From: a virus
IMG/VR virus record: IMGVR_UViG_3300032893_000024
Coordinates: 1 to 64,000 of that record
Strand: one strand, 5' to 3'
DNA length: 64,000 bases
Made by a program: the position numbers and the translations under genes. The notes below the pieces were generated by a model. The model was not told the DNA's origin. It did not search any database and worked only from the letters and a program-made list of their open reading frames with translations. Shown here piece by piece: positions 14,763 to 24,039 of the stretch (the first letter of the stretch is position 1; every line of letters starts with the position of its first letter).

Positions 14763-17695
14763 GAATTATTGACCTGAACTGCAGCCATTTGCCAGTCAGT
14801 AACTACGGCTGTGTTGTTGGTTACCTGCACTTCCAACGTTGCGCCTGAAGCGACTCCAGCAACGGGCGTTGCTGCTGCCGCTCCGCTACCGCCGACATTT
14901 GAAGCCGCGATCGAAGCGTTGAATATTGTCAGCGTTCCAGCCACGTTGATTGCAGTGATTGAAACAGAACCTCCACTTACCGGTCCGGCACCACCTGGAA
15001 CAACAGCGCTCCACGTGATGGTAAACGTGACAGCTTGTCCTGTCGGCACGGGATAGCTAAAAATTGTTTGCGCCAACGAGGATGCTGGAGTCACGAGCCT
15101 ATAGGTCGCCATCCGACTACCAGCGGAAATGCTTTGCCCCATGGACAGGCCGTTCCGTCCAGGGATAGCAACGTCACCTGGTGTCGCGCTCGTAATCTGC
15201 CTTCTCAGATGTCGGTAAAACCTCACCCATTCTGAGATGGACATCGTTGGTCCACCTATAAAATCATCATTTTGAGTTTTCGTGTACGGAAGGTAAACAA
15301 CGGAAATGCTTTCTGGATCGATAATTAGATCAGAATCAGCGCTCCCTTGAAAGGCCAGAGTAAAACTTGTCGTTCCACCGATGTGGAAAATCTGGGCGAC
15401 TCCGCACACGTCTAGCCACTGGCATCCCCACCTGTTTCCAGCGAACTGGTTCGTCACGGGTTCATTCAGAAATGAAATTGCAGGAAGGTTCTGCTGGAAA
15501 ACCGTTCCTCCGTTGCTTGCGGTGAAATTGACCCCACTTATGGGAGCAAAATCCGTGAGGTTTGTTCCACGAACTCTGGCGAAAATCAGAAATGCGTCCA
15601 GCACTGTTAGACTAGGAAACAACCCGGAAGCAAAAGTGATTTCCAGATTTCCTGTGTTTCCAACGATCCGTGGGTAGAAACCGGGTTGACCGTCTGGTCC
15701 CAAAATCTGGTTTCCGTTTGCGTCAGTTGCCTCCACAGTAGCCGAGCCTAGCCCCTGCCAGTCACTCAGCGTAGACAACGCCGGAAGAGAAAGTTGATTC
15801 GGCATCGTAATCACTGGAGAGAAATCATCCCCTCCACCAACGATCCCCGAGTCAATCAGTCCGTCTGTCCGTAGCGTCGTACCCCATCCAGGGGTATCCG
15901 TGACACCGAATGTGCTGTCCTGCACCGAAATGGGCGTTGCCGCGCCCATTATCGGTCCGAGAAATGAATAGAACCCGTTGGCAAGATCGACGTAGACCGT
16001 GCCAATCTGGCCAAGGTTTCCACCTGCTTGAGAGTTGTATACGGGAAACAGGGACTCCATCATGTACGACGTTTCGTCCAAGTCGGCGAAAGACACATCG
16101 TGAAAGTACCATCCGCTCCCGCAGTTTTGTCCTACGTTGAGGAACGCGCCGTAAGACTTACCAGGCGTCAATACGGCCGGATCGATCCAGAATTGATCGA
16201 ATGTGATTCCTTCGACCGAAGACATTTCTCCTTGCGCCAGTACAGCAAGCCCCTGGCCAACACAATTAGTGAACCGTCCGATAGATGTATTTTGTGTCCC
16301 ATTGGCTGTTGCTGTTAGATAGACAGCGTACTTTTCAGAAGTACCATTGAGAACACAGGCATCAAAGTAGAACCAGAGAAGATTATCAACAACAGCTGTT
16401 CCCAAAACCTGGTTGGCAGCCATATACTTCGGATCTGGAGAAAGGGTGCCGTCGAAACAAATGCTAGGCCAAAATACCGAACCCATGTCGAGGTTGTTGA
16501 TAACGCAACCGGAATTGGAGGAGATGCCAGCAGGACCAGCATATGTTGTAATCGTTGCACTAGAGGGCCCTGTTCCTCCCACGCCGTAGTCAGGACCAAT
16601 AAAATTTTCTTCCATAAGCGTCTGACCGATAACAAATGCTGATCCACCAACCGGATCTACACCCACCACGCGAAACGCCCTGGTTTCGAGAAGGGTTGCG
16701 TTGTTGGTGTTACCCATATACATCCAGTAGCGCAAATAATTGTTTAGGGTCGCATCATATGCAGGTACATTCCATACGCGGGCAGCTATTTCTGGTCCCT
16801 TAGCAGCAAAACCAGCTCCAGTTCCTCCAGAAGATCCACATGACCACGTAACAGCGCTACACGGACCGCTTGGTGTAGACTCGATAGCTCCAGTCCAAAC
16901 GAGTTGGAGGAATTGGAGAGTTGGAGTTGAACTAACGTTGTCACTTCGCTGCAGCCCAGCCACAAGCCATGTGCTCGCGATATATTCGCCGTTTGAAGCG
17001 GCTGAGATGGTAAGCATCTGGCCAACGAGACTTGGCGGAAACGCCGGATCCCCAACAGCGATTTCAAATGGGAAAACGGTCCAGTATGAGCCGCTATTTG
17101 TGTCTACCCATGAATCGGATGACTCAGACGCTGGTTCTGGCTGTCCGATCTGAGTGAGTGAATTGAATCCGTAAACAGGGCAGCCACCGTCCGTGAATCC
17201 AGAGGGGCTTACTCCACCCTCACCATTGATCACCATTTCCGGACAGCACACGAGTTCAGCTTTGTTCTGCAAGTAACGATGGGAACCGTAAATGTTCAAA
17301 ACGAACGGGGTCTCTGCCGAGACGCCACCAGAAAATTGGAGTGGTGACAAATCGAGAGCTGTCTTGAAAACAGTATTCTCCATACTCAGCATGACAGTGG
17401 GATTGCCGTAGTGCTGACCGGCACCCACTGCCAAAGAGTTGATAATCGTCTGCACAAACGGTGTGTCGTCTATGCAGAGCGAAAAGTCGAGCGACGGGGA
17501 GTTCTTACCGACGTAGGTTGCGCCAAACGTCCCCGAACCAGTTGCACCGGTAGCTCCGGTGGGCCCCGTAGCGCCCGTGGCACCTGTTGCACCAGTGGCT
17601 CCCGTTGCTCCAGTTCCACCACCGCCTCCGGATCCACGGCGCGCATACTCGACCAGATCATTTGCATGCCTGGCAACAAAATCTTTTCTGCTCAT
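14759..17695 (-). CDS. large collagen-like-repeat fibre / spike protein (978 aa)
   Basis: N-terminal GGGGGTGATGATGATGATGATGPTGATGATG (Gly-X-Y) followed by ~900 aa of Gly/Ser/Thr/Asn-rich beta-type sequence. Confidence 0.8.
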   Translation of the reverse strand: MSRKDFVARHANDLVEYARRGSGGGGGTGATGATGATGATGATGPTGATGATGSGTFGATYVGKNSPSLDFSLCIDDTPFVQTIINSLAVGAGQHYGNPTVMLSMENTVFKTALDLSPLQFSGGVSAETPFVLNIYGSHRYLQNKAELVCCPEMVINGEGGVSPSGFTDGGCPVYGFNSLTQIGQPEPASESSDSWVDTNSGSYWTVFPFEIAVGDPAFPPSLVGQMLTISAASNGEYIASTWLVAGLQRSDNVSSTPTLQFLQLVWTGAIESTPSGPCSAVTWSCGSSGGTGAGFAAKGPEIAARVWNVPAYDATLNNYLRYWMYMGNTNNATLLETRAFRVVGVDPVGGSAFVIGQTLMEENFIGPDYGVGGTGPSSATITTYAGPAGISSNSGCVINNLDMGSVFWPSICFDGTLSPDPKYMAANQVLGTAVVDNLLWFYFDACVLNGTSEKYAVYLTATANGTQNTSIGRFTNCVGQGLAVLAQGEMSSVEGITFDQFWIDPAVLTPGKSYGAFLNVGQNCGSGWYFHDVSFADLDETSYMMESLFPVYNSQAGGNLGQIGTVYVDLANGFYSFLGPIMGAATPISVQDSTFGVTDTPGWGTTLRTDGLIDSGIVGGGDDFSPVITMPNQLSLPALSTLSDWQGLGSATVEATDANGNQILGPDGQPGFYPRIVGNTGNLEITFASGLFPSLTVLDAFLIFARVRGTNLTDFAPISGVNFTASNGGTVFQQNLPAISFLNEPVTNQFAGNRWGCQWLDVCGVAQIFHIGGTTSFTLAFQGSADSDLIIDPESISVVYLPYTKTQNDDFIGGPTMSISEWVRFYRHLRRQITSATPGDVAIPGRNGLSMGQSISAGSRMATYRLVTPASSLAQTIFSYPVPTGQAVTFTITWSAVVPGGAGPVSGGSVSITAINVAGTLTIFNASIAASNVGGSGAAAATPVAGVASGATLEVQVTNNTAVVTDWQMAAVQVNNS
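17531..17635. repeat. Gly-X-Y (collagen-like) coding microsatellite
   Basis: 9-nt periodic GGN-GCN-ACN type repeats. Contains the 20-mer gcaccagtggctcccgttgc (17589-17608), identical to 28471-28490. Confidence 0.85.
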
Positions 17696-17732
17696 TTGCG
17701 CACCCTAAATTGGTTCGTCCGTCAGCGACACC

Positions 17733-18041
17733 TCAACGAGCTGTCGGAGGCTTATGCTGCGGTTCCGGCGAGACTTTTCGCGCGGGAACTGTAGGAGCGA
17801 TCGTTAGATTGAGAGAATTTTGAAGGATTCGGGTTACGGCATCCCTAAATCGTGGGGCATACGCCGCCAACTCTTCGGCAGAAAGCGTTTTCGTCTGCTG
17901 ACCACCCAATGGATTTCCTGCCGCATCAACCATCTGATAGGTTACGCGACCTCCTCCATTATTGAGGTCCATTGTGATGGAAAGAACCTCGATGGAGTCC
18001 ACCGACAGTGGCATAGGGTTCGCCAATTTGATCTTGCTCAT
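17733..18041 (-). CDS. hypothetical virion-module protein (102 aa)
   Basis: Track ORF, 4-nt overlap with the upstream fibre gene. Confidence 0.6.
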   Translation of the reverse strand: MSKIKLANPMPLSVDSIEVLSITMDLNNGGGRVTYQMVDAAGNPLGGQQTKTLSAEELAAYAPRFRDAVTRILQNSLNLTIAPTVPARKVSPEPQHKPPTAR

Positions 18042-19783
18042 GGTGTTCCGTAGATGGCTTGAGCGACACCGTGAATTATGTCGAAATCGCTCGGGGTTGC
18101 ATTTTGATGAACTAGGATAAAACCCATGTCGCAGAGTGTGGCGTCAGCAACAGCGTCTCCAAATACAACAAGAGTATCCAGAGGATTTAGACCGGCATTA
18201 CCAGAGGCGGTTACGCTTCCATTGAATCGTACTTCGCTCGATCCGCCATCAACTAAGAACTCGATAAGGCACGGGCTTGCAACAGAATCCGTTGAGCTAA
18301 GATCAAATCCAGCGAAGATGAGTGGGTCCGTAGCACTTGGTCCGTTGCAATAACACTGTACGTTGTTCGACTCGTTGGAGAATAGGTATACCTCGGTCGT
18401 GGCAGGGTTGACATCGCCAGCAATGGATACGCCCCATGGTACAGCAAGCGTTGAATCTAGAGTCGCTGCGTAGGTTTTTCCTGCGTTGGTAGATTGAGTG
18501 AGTGCCGGTTGTCCGTTCGACCAACTGCTAGTGATTGATGGAGAAACAACTCCACCAGCCCAAACAACCTGCTGTAGACCTGCAAATTGGTCGGTCCAGG
18601 TATCATGGACTGCATCCCATCCATATGCGGCATACCAGCAGTAGATCACTGACGATGGTAGAAAGTAAACTGCATTGTGCAGCGTGTAACTACCCGCAGG
18701 CGTGGTCACCTGGATGTCGTACGGGGTGATACTGGCAGAAACGCTTGGCCACGTAAAAGTCACGCTCGTTGGCGTGGACGAGACTCCAGTTGCTGGCGCA
18801 CCACCGACCGTCAAATTCAAAATCGTGGTCAGGTTGACCCCGTTCAAGGTCACAGCAACACCGCCTCCACCTTCCGGAGCCAGATACGGTGATGTGAGTG
18901 CGTCGAGAGTTGGAGTTCCTGATCCCGACGTCCCGCCGACAGAAACGATATTGATATTTCCAAACTTGACGTCCAGCGTGGTTCCAGCAGCATCGGTGCA
19001 TGAGACACGTATATCAATCACATCTCCAATACTGACAGCCAAAAGTCCCGTTCCAGAAACGTTGACCACTCCCGTTGACGCAACGAAATCTTGCTCAAAT
19101 TGGATCTTGGGTACCAGTGTTCCGTTGAGAAACACGGCAAACTCGTACATGTGAGTCGATGCCGACCCCTCGATCGTCAGCTGAACATTCACCGCCATAA
19201 TGCCGGAGTTCTGCATCGTGAACGTATTGGCGCTGTCACTGATCGTAACGAACTGCGAAATGCCTGTGTTTGCCCACGGAATCACGTAGTACGTGTTTTG
19301 AAGAGTACACGCGACAGATTGGGAGTCTGCTGTAACCGTGTAGAGCTCACCGTACGCAAATTCCAGCGCCTTGACGGTCGCTGGCAGCAGCACGAATGCC
19401 GACAGAGAGTTGTTCCACGTAAGTACGTATCCGTTTTCCGGAATTCCTGGAGTTCCGATAGCCAGTGGGTTGGTCTCGAGACCAACAACCGTTGCCTGGC
19501 CAGGTGTGGAAGTGCTCCAGGTCACATCTCCAGAGCCCGTGTAGGCCTGCGCAAAGAGACCCGGTCCAACGACGGCAAGCTGACCCTCCGTACCGATAAT
19601 GGAAGCGGTGGAACCGGCCGGACCGGTTGAACCAGTGGAACCAGTAGGCCCCGTCGGTCCAGTCGGTCCAGTCGGACCCGTTCCACCCCCACCACCACCC
19701 GTGCCGCCAGTGTTGATCTGACCGCGCGGTACAGCTGTACCCACGATCGTGTTTGCGGTCTTCCTCGTTGAGGACGATGACAT
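18038..19783 (-). CDS. collagen-like fibre with C1q/BclA-like jelly-roll and IPT/TIG-like domains (581 aa)
   Basis: GTGGGGGGTGPTGPTGPTGPTGSTGSTGPAGS repeat. Then a ~140 aa beta domain in the position a C1q-like head occupies in BclA-type proteins. Then LNGVNLTTILNLTVGGAPATGVSSTPTSVTFTWP, which is IPT/TIG-like. Confidence 0.7.
   Translation of the reverse strand: MSSSSTRKTANTIVGTAVPRGQINTGGTGGGGGGTGPTGPTGPTGPTGSTGSTGPAGSTASIIGTEGQLAVVGPGLFAQAYTGSGDVTWSTSTPGQATVVGLETNPLAIGTPGIPENGYVLTWNNSLSAFVLLPATVKALEFAYGELYTVTADSQSVACTLQNTYYVIPWANTGISQFVTISDSANTFTMQNSGIMAVNVQLTIEGSASTHMYEFAVFLNGTLVPKIQFEQDFVASTGVVNVSGTGLLAVSIGDVIDIRVSCTDAAGTTLDVKFGNINIVSVGGTSGSGTPTLDALTSPYLAPEGGGGVAVTLNGVNLTTILNLTVGGAPATGVSSTPTSVTFTWPSVSASITPYDIQVTTPAGSYTLHNAVYFLPSSVIYCWYAAYGWDAVHDTWTDQFAGLQQVVWAGGVVSPSITSSWSNGQPALTQSTNAGKTYAATLDSTLAVPWGVSIAGDVNPATTEVYLFSNESNNVQCYCNGPSATDPLIFAGFDLSSTDSVASPCLIEFLVDGGSSEVRFNGSVTASGNAGLNPLDTLVVFGDAVADATLCDMGFILVHQNATPSDFDIIHGVAQAIYGTP
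19613..19708. repeat. Gly-X-Y coding microsatellite
   Basis: GPT/GST triplet repeats at the N-terminus of 18038..19783. Confidence 0.85.
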
Positions 19784-19801
19784 GGCGGCCCCTCAGTTTA
19801 C

Positions 19802-20449
19802 TCAGATCTGTTTCGGCTCAACGTTCTCGAGAAGAGCCAGACGGTCCGCCATCGAAGACAGCTTTACCGTCAGCTCTTGCACGGCTCGCACAAGGATTGG
19901 CGTGAGCCGCCCGTGGTCTACTCCCCACGGGCTTTTGACCGGATCCTCTCCACCAGCGCTAACAGCCTCCGGATAGACCTCAGCGAGTTCCTGCGCGACG
20001 AATCCGATCCGAACCGTCCGGTGCGGATCCGTCTTGAAGCGGAAGTTTCGGACACGAATCCGATTGACGAGCTGGAGGCCTCGATCGAAATCGTTGACGT
20101 CTTCCTTCAGTCGGCCGTCTGATGTCGTGTTGTACGCGACAGCCGTTGTTGAGGCCTGTGACACGCTTCCAATCACCGTCCCGTCGGGACGTTGAAATAG
20201 GATCATGTCCGACCCGCTGGCTCCGTTTTGACCAGCGCTGATAAGGAGACCGTGTGAAGTCCCGGTCCCGTTCGGATTGACCACGGAGAGTCCAAACGTT
20301 GCGGTGTCCAGCAGCAACGCTGTGAAAGTTACAACCTTTCCAACGACAGAAACGTTTGCTCCGATCGATTGGGCTGTCCGAAGAGCATAGCTATCCCCAA
20401 TGTGGGGGCTCGCCATGCTCATTGCGCCGATGTTGTTTTTGCGACTCAT
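19802..20449 (-). CDS. short fibre protein with C-terminal S74 intramolecular-chaperone domain
   Basis: SDGRLKEDV autocleavage-type motif, then VRNFRFK..RIGFVAQELAEVYPEAV...WGVDHGRLTPILVRAVQEL, typical of the endosialidase-chaperone (peptidase S74) domain. Confidence 0.8.
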   Translation of the reverse strand: MSRKNNIGAMSMASPHIGDSYALRTAQSIGANVSVVGKVVTFTALLLDTATFGLSVVNPNGTGTSHGLLISAGQNGASGSDMILFQRPDGTVIGSVSQASTTAVAYNTTSDGRLKEDVNDFDRGLQLVNRIRVRNFRFKTDPHRTVRIGFVAQELAEVYPEAVSAGGEDPVKSPWGVDHGRLTPILVRAVQELTVKLSSMADRLALLENVEPKQI

Positions 20450-20461
20450 GACTATGTCTCC

Positions 20462-21088
20462 TTACTTGGTCGCCACGCGGTCTTCCAAGCGAACGAGCCT
20501 GCCTTTGATCGCTTCGATCTTCAGGATCAATTCCTGGCAGGTCTGAACAAGAAGCGGCGTCAGCTTCCCGTAGTCCACACTCCAGGGATTCTTCGTAGGA
20601 TCATCACCGCCCGGTGTGACTGCGTCCGGCCAAATTTCAGACAGTTCTTGCGCGTAAAATCCAACCTGAACACGCTTGTGCGGATCAGACTTGAAGGTAT
20701 ACCGACGAACTTGGATCCGCTTGACCAGCGAGAAGCCATCCTGGAAAAGTCCGACATGGTCCTTCAGGCGAGCGTCGGACGTCGTGTTGTAGGCCACTGT
20801 CGTCGCCGACGCCTGCGCGACGTTTCCTATTTGCGTGCCGTCCGGACGCGAGAACTGCATAAGGAGAGCTCCCGATCCCCCGTTCGTCCCAGCCGTGACG
20901 TTGATCCCGTCGGACGTATTGGAGGCATCCGGGTTCGTCACACTGAGAGCGAACGATCCAGCCGTACCGCCGGTAATGTCCAGCGTGCTGCCGGAGACAG
21001 AAACGTTTTTCCCGATCATCTGTGCGCTGCGGACCGCATAGTCGATGAGGTCCACGGCATGCTTTCCTGCGAGGGCTTTGGCGCTCAT
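20462..21088 (-). CDS. short fibre protein with S74 intramolecular-chaperone domain (tandem paralogue)
   Basis: SDARLKDHV, VRRYTFK..QVGFYAQELSEIWPDAV...WSVDYGKLTPLLVQTCQEL. Collinear similarity to 19802..20449 along the whole length. Confidence 0.8.
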   Translation of the reverse strand: MSAKALAGKHAVDLIDYAVRSAQMIGKNVSVSGSTLDITGGTAGSFALSVTNPDASNTSDGINVTAGTNGGSGALLMQFSRPDGTQIGNVAQASATTVAYNTTSDARLKDHVGLFQDGFSLVKRIQVRRYTFKSDPHKRVQVGFYAQELSEIWPDAVTPGGDDPTKNPWSVDYGKLTPLLVQTCQELILKIEAIKGRLVRLEDRVATK

Positions 21089-21102
21089 TTTGTCTTCTCC
21101 TG

Positions 21103-22458
21103 TCAGTTGTAGATGAACGTGATTTCTAGAGTGGAGTCTACCGCAGAGGCCGAATCATTACGAACGTGGAACGTGACCAGACCACCGCTAGTAGTAGAAG
21201 CAGAGAGCGTGATGCTCTCCTGGAGAGAATCGTCTGTAATCACAGACAGTTGAACGGATCCAATCAATCCCAGGCCTGTTGCTGCCGGATCCTTGAAAGC
21301 AAAATCGGTGTGCTCGGTGTACGTATCGCCAATCGCACCGCCAAGAGGAACGCCCGTGGCGCGACAAATAAGCTTCACCTCGCAGTGACAGGAGATCGCG
21401 TCGTTCGGGAACGTGAAATCGTAAATCGGACCCGTCGCCCCGGCTCCGATCGTTGCCAGTCCGAAATCGTGAAACAGTTCTTGCTGCTGGCTCGCCGGAG
21501 TTCCTTGGCCCTGACCCTCCGAATACTCCCAGACAAGTGAAGTGGACTTATGTACGAGGTTCGGTGTCTGGACCGTCACCGTGGCGGCCGCGCTATTCGC
21601 GGCTGCGATGAAAACGTTGTCGAACGAGTTGCTCCCGTAGGTAAGGTCGTTCTTTCCAGAAATCACGTTGCTCGTGATGAACGGAATGTCCCCGCTACCT
21701 GCCGGATTGCGGAGTGCCGCGATCACGTTCGGACTCGACGGGAATCGAAACAGACCAACGGACGCGCAGCTGTTAGGAGCAGCTCCCATCGCGAGGAGGT
21801 CTGTCAGTGCGTCGGAAAGCTGGAGACTTGGACCACCGTGCGCGTTTCCGTTCACTTGAACAGCAAAAGTCCCGACAGATCCGGCTGCACCTGTCCCACC
21901 AGTTCCGGGAGCGCCGGTGGTGAGAAAGATGTTTCCACCGTTTGAATTTGCGGCAGATCCTGTGGACGCACCGCCGTTGTCGGCCGTGATGTTGACATCT
22001 GCGCCGTTGCCTCCAGTGGTATTGGCAGCCGTCGCGGCACCGCCGGCACCAGAGGTGAAGTTTACATCCCCACCAGCAGCACCGGTTGCTCCCGTGCTGC
22101 CCGTGATGTTCAACGCGGGAGCTGGATTGGCTCCGAGCGAGCCGCGCATAGTCAGACTCAGATCATCCGTTCCGTCACCCATCGGGACAGTGCCAGCCGT
22201 CCCACCCTGGCCGGAGATACCAGCAACCCATTGATGAGTGGACGACGATCCGACCAAGTCATTCGCGAACGTGACGCCAGACGTACCAGTGGGCCCCGTG
22301 GGTCCGGTCGGCCCCGTCGCACCGACACCAGGTCCAGTGGGGCCGGTCGGACCAGTTCCTCCCGTTGCTCCCGTGGCCCCAGTCGCTCCACCGGTAGGTG
22401 GCTGCTTGTCCGGGTAAGCCTCGAACCTGCCGTGCCTGCCTGTAATTCTGGTTCCCAT
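21103..22458 (-). CDS. collagen-like-repeat fibre protein (451 aa)
   Basis: GGATGATGATGGTGPTGPTGPGVGATGPTGPTGPTG near the N-terminus. Gly/Ala/Thr-rich middle and a beta-rich C-terminal domain. Confidence 0.75.
   Translation of the reverse strand: MGTRITGRHGRFEAYPDKQPPTGGATGATGATGGTGPTGPTGPGVGATGPTGPTGPTGTSGVTFANDLVGSSSTHQWVAGISGQGGTAGTVPMGDGTDDLSLTMRGSLGANPAPALNITGSTGATGAAGGDVNFTSGAGGAATAANTTGGNGADVNITADNGGASTGSAANSNGGNIFLTTGAPGTGGTGAAGSVGTFAVQVNGNAHGGPSLQLSDALTDLLAMGAAPNSCASVGLFRFPSSPNVIAALRNPAGSGDIPFITSNVISGKNDLTYGSNSFDNVFIAAANSAAATVTVQTPNLVHKSTSLVWEYSEGQGQGTPASQQQELFHDFGLATIGAGATGPIYDFTFPNDAISCHCEVKLICRATGVPLGGAIGDTYTEHTDFAFKDPAATGLGLIGSVQLSVITDDSLQESITLSASTTSGGLVTFHVRNDSASAVDSTLEITFIYN
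22276..22392. repeat. Gly-X-Y coding microsatellite
   Basis: GAT/GPT triplet repeats at the N-terminus of 21103..22458. Confidence 0.85.
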
Positions 22459-22585
22459 CTTTACTTCTCCGCCAACGCCCGAACGAGCGTCAGCAATCGG
22501 CTGGCGCGGTCCACAGCACTCGCCCGGACGAAAGCATGCTGACGCACACCTCGCACAGCCGGGTCCTCTGTCACCACTCTCGGAA

Positions 22586-23044
22586 CTACTTCCGAGATGA
22601 CGACAGGTACGCTTCCAGGCGCCCCTCTATTTGCCCTAGCGAACGGTGCAACTCTGCCCATGACTCCGTGTCTCCCTTGACGTAGTCGTCAAACCTCTCT
22701 TGCTGTGAACCGATCGTGTCCCGCAAGGACGCGAGTTCACTTCTCAGGTCGGCGATCTGGTCTTTCAGATCACCATCCGCCACCTGAAAGTCTTGTCGGC
22801 TGTCACGAAGAGCCCGATCAATCCTCTGATTGACCCGGACCAATTCAGCGCCGAACTTTTCGGAAGTCTCACGATATTGCTTCAGAGCGGCAGCCACGGC
22901 ACCCGCCAGCTCCAAAGCATCGTGCGCGTTTTTTTCGACCTTCTGAAAACGCTTTACGGCCCATCCGAGCGCCCCGGCGCTCGTAACCCCCAGGAAACTA
23001 CCGGCCTCCTTCCAGACCTCGTGCAGGGAGTCGAGGAAGGCCAT
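22586..23044 (-). CDS. coiled-coil protein (152 aa)
   Basis: Track ORF. Heptad-like helical sequence (DLKDQIADLRSELASLRDTIGSQQERF). Confidence 0.65.
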   Translation of the reverse strand: MAFLDSLHEVWKEAGSFLGVTSAGALGWAVKRFQKVEKNAHDALELAGAVAAALKQYRETSEKFGAELVRVNQRIDRALRDSRQDFQVADGDLKDQIADLRSELASLRDTIGSQQERFDDYVKGDTESWAELHRSLGQIEGRLEAYLSSSRK

Positions 23045-23047
23045 GCA

Positions 23048-24028
23048 TCACCGCCGCCTCGCGTGCGTCCTCGAGTGCGTCCTATGCGCCGCATGACGAT
23101 GTGCGTGATGCGCCGGCAGCGCCTTGTGTGCGTGATGGGGCGGTAGAGCCTTTCGGCCACCATGGTGCATTTCCGTCGTCTTCGCGTGATGCATGTACGC
23201 GAGAAGCCCAACGGTGCTCAGAACTGCCGCTCCGCCGACGATCCAGGGGAGGTAGGCGCTCATGTCCGTCCCTGAGGACGTTCCGGCCGCGCCACCCGCT
23301 CCGCCTGCTCCGCCCGCACCACCGGAGCCGCCCGCAGCTCCAGAAGCGATGGACGCGGTGGTAGTCGCCGACGTGTTGGGAGACGTCGTCGTCGCATCTC
23401 CAGACGTTCCACCAACGATCGTCGTCGTCGGAACGGTTGCCGGAAGATCGCTGAAGGGGAGAGCGCCCTGATTCGCTGCGCTAATGATGCCCTTTTGGTA
23501 GCAGGGATTTCCCTGGCTGTAGCAGGGTGTCAGCTGGCCTGTGGACGAGTTGCCGAGGACTTGCTGCGCAGCAGTCGCCGTGTTCTGCCCGAACAGTCCG
23601 TCCGTCGCCAGCGCGGTCCCCTGGTAGGTTCCCGCTTGGACGTCAGCGTTGTACGACGTCTGGAACGCGAACGTGATCGAAGCGAGCGTCGTCCCGCAAT
23701 CGCAGCCATATTGCTGGATGTACGACGCAATCGCCTGCGCGAGCTGCTGTGTGGTCTCCGCATAAGGACCTGACACGCCGACATCGTAGACGCCAGCCAG
23801 ACCGATTGCACCGAGACCGTGTGTGGTGGGCTCGCGCGGTCCCCATGACCGGGGAAGAGTGAGAACCTCGCTCGTCTTGAGGTCTGCGAACGTGGTCTGT
23901 CCGCTGCGAGCCACCCAGCGCTTTTGGGGATTGGCGATAACGAGATCCGTCATCTTCGCCGGGTTCCCGGTGAACTTCCTCGCGATCGAAGCCGGCGTGT
24001 CGTTGCTCTTGACTACGTAGAGGCTCAT
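23048..24028 (-). CDS. LysM + PG-binding-like domain protein, C-terminally membrane-anchored, His/Arg-rich tail
   Basis: ATG 24028 (M166 of track ORF 23048..24523) is preceded by GGAGAAG. LysM: YVVKSNDTPASIARKF..VLTLP. PG_binding_1-like: ITFAFQTSYNADV..TDGLFGQNTATAAQQVLG. TM: WIVGGAAVLSTVGLLAY. Tail: HHAHKALPAHHAHRHAAHRTHSRTHARRR. Confidence 0.75.
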   Translation of the reverse strand: MSLYVVKSNDTPASIARKFTGNPAKMTDLVIANPQKRWVARSGQTTFADLKTSEVLTLPRSWGPREPTTHGLGAIGLAGVYDVGVSGPYAETTQQLAQAIASYIQQYGCDCGTTLASITFAFQTSYNADVQAGTYQGTALATDGLFGQNTATAAQQVLGNSSTGQLTPCYSQGNPCYQKGIISAANQGALPFSDLPATVPTTTIVGGTSGDATTTSPNTSATTTASIASGAAGGSGGAGGAGGAGGAAGTSSGTDMSAYLPWIVGGAAVLSTVGLLAYMHHAKTTEMHHGGRKALPPHHAHKALPAHHAHRHAAHRTHSRTHARRR

Positions 24029-24039
24029 CGTTCTTCTCC

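Noticed and set aside
17531-17635. Periodic short repeats (here and at 19613, 22276, 28380) as a possible CRISPR array or non-coding tandem repeat
   Set aside because: 9-nt periodicity lying in frame inside long ORFs and encoding Gly-X-Y. There is no repeat-spacer architecture and there are no cas genes.
22461-22661. 66-aa ORF overlapping the end of the coiled-coil gene
   Set aside because: Most of it overlaps 22586..23044. Only a ~38-codon Arg/Val/Ala-rich remnant (from GTG 22577) would be free, which is insufficient evidence.
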